Assembly (NCBI GenBank): GCA_965371155.1
Contig: CBDUXL010000002.1
Span: 1-42,129 of the forward strand
DNA from: an uncultured bacterium
GTDB taxonomy: Bacteria; JAJVIF01; JAPKYR01
DNA: 42,129 nt
Direction of reading: 5' to 3'
Below the pieces are notes generated by a model, which did not search any database, had not been told where the DNA came from, and worked only from the letters and a program-made list of their open reading frames with translations. Of this stretch, positions 9,715-16,945 are shown piece after piece. The translations under genes and the position numbers were made by a program. The first letter of the stretch is position 1. Each line of letters opens with the position of its first letter.

Positions 9715-9801
9715 TGGTGTCTCCTCCAGGACCATCTTTCCATAGCCCCGGCGTTATTATCATCACCGTTTTCTCTCTCAAGCCGACGGACCCAGCCTAA
9801 C

Positions 9802-9834
9802 AAAAAAAGGCCCGCGAGTTGACCTCGCACGGCC
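9802..9834 (-). terminator. Rho-independent terminator (minus strand)
   Basis: The minus strand reads GGCC-GT-GCGAG-gtcaa-CTCGC-G-GGCC followed by TTTTTTTG (the A7 run at 9802-9808 on the plus strand). This is 9 GC-rich base pairs plus a T-run. Confidence 0.7.
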
Positions 9835-9971
9835 CGCAATTGAGCCCATCATTCAGCTATATGGCTCGGGCAGCTTTTAAACTCCCTCCCACGATTCAGG
9901 AACAATACCTCAGCTTATGCTCCTTCTATCGCAGGCCATGTGAAGAAAATCACTTGGCAGTTGGAAAATAT

Positions 9972-9999
9972 CACCTGTTGAACTAAATGTCAACAGGTG
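9972..9999. repeat. Perfect 10-bp stem hairpin
   Basis: cacctgttga (9972-9981) / 8-nt loop / tcaacaggtg (9990-9999). Confidence 0.6.
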
Positions 10000-10082
10000 G
10001 GAGCTTGATTTGGCATTCAGGCGCCCATTTCCCCGTCTTTTTGCGTGTTTGATGCCATCCCATGCCGGTTGACGGAAAAGAT

Positions 10083-10138
10083 CCCACATTAAAATGTGGG
10101 CCACCGAGACCAACCGGTGGCCCACAACTTGTTGTGGG
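10083..10138. other. Three overlapping, mutually exclusive hairpins
   Basis: A is cccaca-ttaaaa-tgtggg (10083-10100). B is gggccaccg (10098-10106) paired with cggtggccc (10115-10123). C is cccacaac-tt-gttgtggg (10121-10138). B shares bases with both A and C. Confidence 0.55.
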
Positions 10139-10139
10139 T
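10115..10139. repeat. 25-nt direct repeat, copy 1 (palindromic core)
   Basis: cggtggcccacaacttgttgtgggt is identical to 10205-10229. Confidence 0.9.
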
Positions 10140-10147
10140 CTTCTGAC

Positions 10148-10186
10148 GGGGACACCTGCTTTTCGGGGACGAAAAGAGGTGTCCCC
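10148..10186. repeat. Long interrupted hairpin between the two 25-nt repeats
   Basis: ggggacacct-g-cttttc / ggggac / gaaaag-aggtgtcccc, giving 16 bp with one bulge. Confidence 0.7.
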
Positions 10187-10204
10187 TAGTGTTAACCAAT
10201 GCAT

Positions 10205-10229
10205 CGGTGGCCCACAACTTGTTGTGGGT
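10205..10229. repeat. 25-nt direct repeat, copy 2
   Basis: cggtggcccacaacttgttgtgggt, starting 14 nt beyond the stop (10245-10243) of the lipoprotein gene. Confidence 0.9.
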
Positions 10230-10242
10230 TATTGTCATGTTT

Positions 10243-12918
10243 CTACGGCACTTCGAAAGCATACATCGGGCCCAGTGAGCTTCCGATGAATACCGTACCG
10301 TCCGCGTCGATTGCCGGAGCCGCTGCAACGCCGATGGGTCCTGATGTTCCCAGGTAGCTCTGCCACAAAATCGGCGGTGGGGACGATGTACCCGTTCCGT
10401 CGATGCAATAGAAATTCCCATTGTAGCAGCCGAAATACACTTTCCCGTTTGCGTCGATCGCACTCGCGCCGACTATTTGAGGGCCGTAATCGTGTGACCA
10501 GATTGTGTTTCCCGTGTCTTTATCGAGGCGATACAGATAGCCCGACAGTGTGCCGACAATAACATCGCCGTCGGGAAGCAATGAACACGCGCTTCGAGCG
10601 CCGCCGGTGACGTTTATGGCCCAGACGACGAAGCCGACATCGGATGGTGTCAGAGAGGTGTCCAGCGCACGGACCCGTCCGGTCTGGGTGCCGATAAACA
10701 GGATTCCATCATCGTTTATAGCCATACCGGTTGTGTAAGAACCACCGGCAGAGTACTGCCATTCCACTGTACCATCCGATGGATCCACGCAGTAAAGGTA
10801 TCCGTCGGTCGACGGAACATACAGGCAATCGTTGAAGTATGCCGCGGTACCGGCAATGTATGCGCCGGTCTGAACATACCATTCCTCGGTGACGGTCGCG
10901 CCGTCCCAACTGAACGCGCGATACCTGCCATCGTGACACCCCACACAGACCCAGCCGTTCGGAAGGACAGTCACCCCGCAGATGATTGCGTTCGGGAGAT
11001 CTTCCGACCAGATGATGTCGCCGTTCGCGCGATTGAAGCAGAAGAGCCTGCCGACATTCGAGCCGATGTAGAGCTCATTGGTAGGACCCAGCGCGGGTGC
11101 GGATTTCACATGATCACCGGTGGGATGCGACCAGACAAGGTTCCCATCCGTATCAATAGCATAGATGCTGCCGCTGTTGGAACCGAAGTAGACATTGCCG
11201 TCGGAGTCTATCGCCATAGAGTCAACAACTGCCCCGCCGGTCGGGTAGTTCCACTTTTCGCTGCAAACCGACGGGCCTGCATACTCCGACCGGCCCGTTC
11301 CCTGGTAATCGTGGCCCATCATGGGCCAGGGGTGGCCCGCGGCGGGATCGACAGTGACATCCACAAAGCACGCGGTCCATGTGTCGACAATCTCATCGTA
11401 CACGCGAACGTGGACCGAGTAGTCACCCTCCGTGCCGCCGGTTTCATCGACCCAATTCACGACGTAAGTATTGTCCGATCCGGTTGGAACGCCCGGCCAC
11501 ACGGGGTCTTCGCCGGAAAGGGTCACGTCCCATTCGTATGCCACCGGATGCAGGTCGGTGTTGATTGGGTTCTCGGTGAAGGTTTCTGCGGTAGTTTCGG
11601 TAGTGCGGGAAGCAAACTCGGGATCGGGTGGAGTGCAAATGGCCACTGTCCCGGCATCAGTGACACTAATCGTCATTCGCTTGTATGCCGCCAGTTCGGC
11701 GTTCTGGGGGAAACCACCGCCACCGGTGTCGTAGTCCGTGGGATCCGCACTGATAACCATGATCAGCACGTCCTGATCCAGCGCGTTTGTCGGCGTTACC
11801 GGGAACTCGATCTCGACAGTGCTCGATGCTGGACCGGCCGGAGCCCAGTCAAGCGAACCGGGATCATCGAAAACCCCGTCACCCAGCGGGAACAGGCCGG
11901 TTGAACTTTCCAGCAGAATCGCGCCGACCTCATCCCGAACGGGAGTCCCGTTCAGGTATGCATTCCAATCAAAAACCTCGACAAACAGTCTGACATTTCC
12001 GCCGCTGAGGGTGTCGGTGTAGAAAGCATCGGAATCGTCCGTCACTGAGATATTGAAAGGCTCAGCGGCGTTCGCTTCCTCAGGGAAACTGTCGGGAACC
12101 ACAAGAGGCCCGGGATCGGGAGGCACCCACGACGCGACGACGGTGTACTGATACGAAAGCGCAGGAGATCCGCCGACGATCGGGCATTCAAGCTCGTATC
12201 TTCGACGCAGCGTAGTCGTGGTGAAAACACCCCTCCTGGCGCAGTTGTCAGCATCCTGGAAGAAGTCGCCGACATCATCCTCCTCATTAAGTCCTGTAGC
12301 GAAGTACTTGTAACCGTTCAATGATGCAATGTTGCCGGAACCCATGCCGAGCGCACCGGGAACAAAATCGAAAATTCCCGTGCCCGACGCCCATTCATCG
12401 GGATTGTACCAGCGCGTGTATCCATCTGCATTCAAGAGGATGATATCGTCCATGCCATCGGAGTATGAAATATCGCTGTCATGTTGCCCGATTAGACCGC
12501 CCGGCGAGATAAGGACGCCCATTACGTCGAATCCCGAGTATTGGTCTAGGCCGGGGAAAGGATGGGTCAGGGCGACATCCACGTCCAGCCTGCCTTCCGT
12601 CTCCCACTCACTCATGTCCACAATTGTGATATTTATGTTCGCCAGAGACCCCATTGGAGGCTGCAGGAAAGCCACCACGTCAACGCGGAAGGTCGCCTCA
12701 CGCAGCGGGACGACCTCCGAGGTCCCGTTTGTCGGATCGAGCGAAACCGTCCAGAAACCCCAAAGATGCCTGTTCGACTGGGATTGCGACGATACAGCAG
12801 TCAATTCGGCGGTATCCAGGAGATCAGGTGCGGAGGTTGTATCGGACACATTGGCGCAGCCGATTAGAAAACCTCCCAGAATCAAGGTCAGGAAAGCATG
12901 ACAGAACGTAAACCGCAT
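10243..12918 (-). CDS. Large lipoprotein with an unassigned N-terminal half and a C-terminal PQQ-like (BamB-type) beta-propeller
   Basis: ATG at 12918 has GGAGG (12931-12927) 8 nt upstream. The signal peptide with lipobox is MRFTFCHAFLTLILGGFLIGC. The C-terminal roughly 380 aa carry repeated blades (DGNVYFGSNSGSIYAIDTDGNLVWS, DGYLYCVDPSDGTVEWQ, SGYLYRLDKDTGNTIWS, NGNFYCIDG). Confidence 0.75.
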   Translation of the reverse strand: MRFTFCHAFLTLILGGFLIGCANVSDTTSAPDLLDTAELTAVSSQSQSNRHLWGFWTVSLDPTNGTSEVVPLREATFRVDVVAFLQPPMGSLANINITIVDMSEWETEGRLDVDVALTHPFPGLDQYSGFDVMGVLISPGGLIGQHDSDISYSDGMDDIILLNADGYTRWYNPDEWASGTGIFDFVPGALGMGSGNIASLNGYKYFATGLNEEDDVGDFFQDADNCARRGVFTTTTLRRRYELECPIVGGSPALSYQYTVVASWVPPDPGPLVVPDSFPEEANAAEPFNISVTDDSDAFYTDTLSGGNVRLFVEVFDWNAYLNGTPVRDEVGAILLESSTGLFPLGDGVFDDPGSLDWAPAGPASSTVEIEFPVTPTNALDQDVLIMVISADPTDYDTGGGGFPQNAELAAYKRMTISVTDAGTVAICTPPDPEFASRTTETTAETFTENPINTDLHPVAYEWDVTLSGEDPVWPGVPTGSDNTYVVNWVDETGGTEGDYSVHVRVYDEIVDTWTACFVDVTVDPAAGHPWPMMGHDYQGTGRSEYAGPSVCSEKWNYPTGGAVVDSMAIDSDGNVYFGSNSGSIYAIDTDGNLVWSHPTGDHVKSAPALGPTNELYIGSNVGRLFCFNRANGDIIWSEDLPNAIICGVTVLPNGWVCVGCHDGRYRAFSWDGATVTEEWYVQTGAYIAGTAAYFNDCLYVPSTDGYLYCVDPSDGTVEWQYSAGGSYTTGMAINDDGILFIGTQTGRVRALDTSLTPSDVGFVVWAINVTGGARSACSLLPDGDVIVGTLSGYLYRLDKDTGNTIWSHDYGPQIVGASAIDANGKVYFGCYNGNFYCIDGTGTSSPPPILWQSYLGTSGPIGVAAAPAIDADGTVFIGSSLGPMYAFEVP

Positions 12919-13090
12919 CAGATTGACCTCCAAAGGAACTATGGCTAATCTCTCTCTATTTCAACGTATATGATACCATCTCAGGAGGTATGCCCGCTAG
13001 CGGATATCAGGCTCCCCATCGTGCCCGTTCCCATAGACCGCCGTTTTAGGGTAGAATACGTTACCGTAATCATCGCCGACACTACGAGCC

Positions 13091-14428
13091 ATGCCTAGAA
13101 GTTCCCGATTAACGCGATTTACTCTTGGAAACATAAGCGAGCTGAAAGCGGTCGGACAGGACCGTGAGGATGAGGCCAGGCTCACGGACGTCAGGCGTTG
13201 GGTGAAAATCGCAAAGCGCACGAGAACTCTCGCCGCACACGCGAAGAATTGGGACGGTGTCCAGGATTATTTTGAGGAGCACGGGGTTGAGGATGACGAT
13301 CTGCACCTCTGGCGCAGCTACCGAAGCCTGATCACCCAGCGAAAAATGGGGATCTACAATGAGTTTCTCGCGCTTACCGACATCGTCGCCGAGGACTATC
13401 TCCGCTACTTTTTCGATAGCCCGCTCTTGAAGGGGACGCTCAGGAGGTACGCTACCGATGCGCTTCCGCTCACTTTCCTCGGGCTGAGCGAAGACTACTA
13501 TTACACTTACACCCACGCTCACGAGCATCCCATCGCGCTTGTTTCGATTCCGCGCAAGGGCACGACATCAATCTGGAACTGGCTGGCGCTTCCTCACGAG
13601 GTCGGACACAACGTTTTCGACTACCTGATCGGCTACGAGCGCGAACTCTCCCGCAAGGTGAGCAAAGAGCTTTCCGAAGAGCGTTTCAAGATCCCCGGTG
13701 GTCGGCTGCCTTATCGGCTTCCGAAAACCGAGCTGATGGAGATGATCTGGAACTTCTGGCTCGATGAAACCATGGCGGACGTTATCGGCACACTGTTCGC
13801 CGGGCCGGCTTATGTCATGGCGCGACAGGAGGATTCATGCGACATCGCCGCCGACCTTGGCGGAGCGCATATCACGCTCTGGGATGTCAAGGCAATGGAC
13901 ATGATGAAACACCCGGTGTGTCATTTCCGGGTGATAATTTGTGCGGAGGTGTTGAGGCGGATCGGGTTTGCGGGCGATGCGGCAGAGCTGGAGCATCGGT
14001 GGACCGGGATGCACCCAAAAATCGATGAGTACGTTTGGTTCGACCCCGCCGCCGGTTTCAGAGAACTGTTCCGTATCCCGCGAAGTGAGCTTACGAGAGC
14101 GATGAATATTGTACTGAACGTAGTTCTGAATCGAAAACTCAGGGTGCTCAACAACCATTCGTTGGTCGAGATCATCAAGTACGGACCCAGGGAGCACAGC
14201 AAGGTTCTGGCAATCGCGGACGAGCTTCTACGCAAGATCCCGAGATTGCCAAAAGACTCACGTCCAAGAATGGTGCTTGCCGCAAGTCGGTTCGCATTCG
14301 AGTGCGAGCCGGGCCTGGCGGACGTTATACATGACAACGCGTTAAGTGGGGTCAAGCGTCTTGGGAAGAAAATGAGGGAAAAGAGACAGCGAAAGAGGAG
14401 AGGTTCAAAGTCCGGGAAGAAGAAATAG
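13091..14428 (+). CDS. Hypothetical cytoplasmic HExxH (zinc metallopeptidase-like) protein with a polybasic C-terminal tail
   Basis: HEVGH at 13595-13609, and a candidate third ligand region DETMADVIGTLFAGPAY. No signal peptide is present. 13 of the last 20 residues are K or R. No clear SD, so the start is uncertain. Confidence 0.55.
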   Translation: MPRSSRLTRFTLGNISELKAVGQDREDEARLTDVRRWVKIAKRTRTLAAHAKNWDGVQDYFEEHGVEDDDLHLWRSYRSLITQRKMGIYNEFLALTDIVAEDYLRYFFDSPLLKGTLRRYATDALPLTFLGLSEDYYYTYTHAHEHPIALVSIPRKGTTSIWNWLALPHEVGHNVFDYLIGYERELSRKVSKELSEERFKIPGGRLPYRLPKTELMEMIWNFWLDETMADVIGTLFAGPAYVMARQEDSCDIAADLGGAHITLWDVKAMDMMKHPVCHFRVIICAEVLRRIGFAGDAAELEHRWTGMHPKIDEYVWFDPAAGFRELFRIPRSELTRAMNIVLNVVLNRKLRVLNNHSLVEIIKYGPREHSKVLAIADELLRKIPRLPKDSRPRMVLAASRFAFECEPGLADVIHDNALSGVKRLGKKMREKRQRKRRGSKSGKKK

Positions 14429-14442
14429 ACGCAGTCCCGTGG

Positions 14443-14460
14443 CCCATATCTTGATATGGG
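14443..14460. terminator. Perfect palindrome between convergent genes (candidate bidirectional terminator)
   Basis: cccatatc-tt-gatatggg lies 15 nt after the plus-strand stop and 16 nt after the minus-strand stop. It is followed by ttctg on the plus strand. Confidence 0.45.
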
Positions 14461-14475
14461 TTCTGATGTGCGCCT

Positions 14476-15663
14476 CTATATCCTCAGCAATTCCGTAATC
14501 AACTCACAATAGTCCCCTACCCTCGAATTCCAGGTCTCGGTGGATACACGTTCAGAACGGGCTTGATGTCTTTCCGGTGAGTCGGTCGATATCGCTTCTC
14601 GTACCAAGTGCAGATATTCATCGGGGTTGTCAGCCTGACCGCACACGTCACTGAACGCCTCCAGTTCGGGGAGGGGGGTCGCGACAACCGGCACTCCACC
14701 CGCAAGATACTCATATAGCTTCACAGGATTGACATGTACCGTAAGAGGTGTCCTGTCAAACGGAATATGCGCGCATGCGAAATGCGCAAGATAGTTGGGA
14801 AGCACATCGTACGGCTTCCGTCCCAGCGCATGGAAATTGGGCAGCGCCTCCAGGTCGTTAAGATTGCGGGTTGTCGGACCGATGAAGACCCAGTCGAATT
14901 CCCTCCCCTCACGAACGACAGCCTCAATAAGCGGCCAGTCAAGCCAGTCAGCGAGGTAACCGTAGAACCCCACGATTGGCTTCTCCAGACAGGTGATGTC
15001 CTTCGGACGCGGACCCATTGTGAGAGCCTTACTGAAATGATCGACTTCCGCAGCATTTCTGATCAGAGCGGCGCGCCCGGCCTGCGGAGATTTGGCATCG
15101 TAGAGTCCCTGCGATGTGGCAACCACGGCATCGACACGCCCCAGTAGCTCCCTCTCCTGGGCCTGGACAGCCTCGCGCCTGAGCCTTGCCTGTCTGAACT
15201 CGCTGATTTCGTCGGCGCAATCGTAGATGACCAAATCCTCATTGAAACGCCCGACCCAGCCGAGACCCAGGACATTGCAGACGACGAGAACAAGCGGTCC
15301 GTCGGAGCGATGATATCGATTGCCCAGAGTCAACCTGTACCAGAAATGATTCCAGGCGTTGATACCGGGTGAATGATAACCGAAGGGCAGACCTGCAGGC
15401 GGCACGAAATGCTGGATTCCGGTTACCGGATCGGCGCGAGGTCCCCCGATCCACGACCACATGTTCCCAAGAGGCTTCTCCGGGGAGAGGAATACCGTGA
15501 CAACATTCCCCGGCTCATCTATGTACAGAAGGCTGCCTCCGGTCTCGGAGAGAATCCGGTTGAAACGCAGGGCAAGCTGCTGGACTCGCTGCCTCATGCC
15601 TCGAAGGGCAGGGCCATCAGCAACGATCAACGTAAGGTTCTCTGGTAGAAGCGAGGCATTCAC
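14476..15663 (-). CDS. Glycosyltransferase (GT-B, GT1/GT4-like)
   Basis: C-terminal half has GFYGYLADWLDW...FIGP...ALGRKPYDVLPNYL...NPVKLYEYLAGGVPVVATPLPE (an EX7E-like region). GTG start per the ORF track. Confidence 0.7.
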   Translation of the reverse strand: MNASLLPENLTLIVADGPALRGMRQRVQQLALRFNRILSETGGSLLYIDEPGNVVTVFLSPEKPLGNMWSWIGGPRADPVTGIQHFVPPAGLPFGYHSPGINAWNHFWYRLTLGNRYHRSDGPLVLVVCNVLGLGWVGRFNEDLVIYDCADEISEFRQARLRREAVQAQERELLGRVDAVVATSQGLYDAKSPQAGRAALIRNAAEVDHFSKALTMGPRPKDITCLEKPIVGFYGYLADWLDWPLIEAVVREGREFDWVFIGPTTRNLNDLEALPNFHALGRKPYDVLPNYLAHFACAHIPFDRTPLTVHVNPVKLYEYLAGGVPVVATPLPELEAFSDVCGQADNPDEYLHLVREAISTDSPERHQARSERVSTETWNSRVGDYCELITELLRI

Positions 15664-15756
15664 GGTTCACAGTTTCAGGGACAGCGCATTAAGTAGTTTC
15701 CGGCAACCTCGACCGTTCTTTCGGGGACACCTCATTTGAACTGAGGTGCATCCTTC

Positions 15757-16854
15757 TCAACTCTCAAACAACATGTCCGCAATTCGCCAACCCTCTCCGA
15801 CAGCCTCAAGCCCGCCGGCGGTGTCTATTTTGCCGGCTTTGCTGAGCTGCGCAATATGCCCCGAGAAGGTCTGCATACCCTCGGACGCTCCGGCCTGAAT
15901 GATGTTCGGTATCTGCTCCAGTTTGTTCTCTCTGATGAGGTGACGTGCCGCATCGTTTACGATCAGAATCTCACACGCGGGAACTCTCCCTTTGCCGTCC
16001 TTCGTCGGAAGCAGAACCTGGCTGACCACACCCATGAGTGAGAGGGAAAGCTGAACCCGGATGGTCGCGCGACCGCTCGGCTCGAAAGCGTCGATTATCC
16101 GCGCCAGGCTTCCTGCCGCGCCCGAAGTATGGAGCGTGCTGTAGACCAGGTGACCCGTCTCCGCGGCACGCAACACAAGATCGATTGTTTCAAGGTCACG
16201 CATCTCACCGACCAGGAGAATGTTGGGATCCTCGCGGAGGGAATCACGAAGGGCCGATGCAAACGAGCCGGTGTGACGCCCGACCTCGCGTTGCGCCACG
16301 AGGCTGGTAAGCGGCTTGTGGATGAACTCAATCGGCTCCTCTATGGTGATGATGTGGTCGCGTCGGGTTGAATTGATGTGATGAATCAACGCGGCGAGTG
16401 TTGTGGACTTTCCGCTCCCTGCCGGACCGCAGATAATGACCAGGCCGTGCGGGAGATTGGCGAATCTCTTGATGACGGGCGGAAGGTTGAGTTCGGCGAA
16501 GGCGGGCGGGGCGGTGGGGATCCTCCTGAAGCTCGCCGCCAGACCGCCTTCGTGACGGAAGGCGTTCAACCTGAGGCGCATGTCCGGAAGTTGAATGCCG
16601 ACATCGGCGGATCCGCGTTCATCCAGGAGTGCAAGGGCGTCCCTGTCCAGAACCTCAGCCAGTATGGCTTTCAGCGTGTCGGCATCAACCGGCCCGAGGT
16701 CATCCTGCGCAGTCAAACCCGCCACAAGTCGCAGGTACGGAGGGAATCCCTCCTGCAGGTGGAGGTCGCTCGCGTTGGATTCATCCATCCTGCGGACGAG
16801 TTCAAGAAGGAGTTCCTGTCGGGGTGTCTGGTCGTTTGTGAATTCAGAAGGCAT
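15757..16854 (-). CDS. pilT: Type IV pilus retraction ATPase PilT/PilU family
   Basis: ASDLHLQEGFPPYLRL, Walker A GPAGSGKST, Asp box HIITIEEPIEF, Walker B ILLVGEMRD and His box AETGHLVYSTLHT. ATG at 16854 gives about 365 aa. The ORF-track start at 17085 overlaps the upstream gene. Confidence 0.9.
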   Translation of the reverse strand: MPSEFTNDQTPRQELLLELVRRMDESNASDLHLQEGFPPYLRLVAGLTAQDDLGPVDADTLKAILAEVLDRDALALLDERGSADVGIQLPDMRLRLNAFRHEGGLAASFRRIPTAPPAFAELNLPPVIKRFANLPHGLVIICGPAGSGKSTTLAALIHHINSTRRDHIITIEEPIEFIHKPLTSLVAQREVGRHTGSFASALRDSLREDPNILLVGEMRDLETIDLVLRAAETGHLVYSTLHTSGAAGSLARIIDAFEPSGRATIRVQLSLSLMGVVSQVLLPTKDGKGRVPACEILIVNDAARHLIRENKLEQIPNIIQAGASEGMQTFSGHIAQLSKAGKIDTAGGLEAVGEGWRIADMLFES

Positions 16855-16873
16855 AACGTTCAGGGATGAAAAC

Positions 16874-16895
16874 CCCCCGGGTATTGCACCGGGGG
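16874..16895 (-). terminator. GC-rich hairpin followed by GTTTTC just upstream of pilT (attenuator or stabiliser candidate)
   Basis: cccccgg (16874-16880) / 8-nt loop / ccggggg (16889-16895). On the minus strand it is followed by gttttcatcc and then the pilT ATG 19 nt later. Confidence 0.3.
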
Positions 16896-16945
16896 AACTA
16901 GTCAATAGGTTGGATTCACGAAACGTCCCGACTGCAGTTAACGCC

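Noticed and set aside
9754-9781. Sigma-70-type promoter for the OFOR operon (TTGAGA at 9781-9776 and TAATAA at 9759-9754 on the minus strand)
   Set aside because: The -10 match is weak (3 of 6) and alternative registers have poor spacing. It is plausible by position, between the terminator and the delta-subunit start, but it is not supported well enough to list as a feature.
9910-10204. Small minus-strand ORFs (81 and 73 aa) in the structured intergenic tract
   Set aside because: They read straight through the palindromes and repeats, have no SD and an odd composition. They are most likely non-coding.
10115-10229. Possible CRISPR array (identical 25-nt palindromic repeats separated by 65 nt)
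   Set aside because: There are only two copies, the intervening sequence is itself a long hairpin, and there is no leader or cas gene. It fits REP-like or regulatory structure better.
10933-11904. 323-aa plus-strand ORF
   Set aside because: It is antisense to the PQQ-like propeller region of the lipoprotein gene. Arg-rich and featureless.
13109-14355. Minus-strand ORFs (139, 120 and 144 aa) inside the HExxH gene
   Set aside because: They are shorter than and antisense to the continuous 445-aa frame that carries the HExxH motif. No features of their own.
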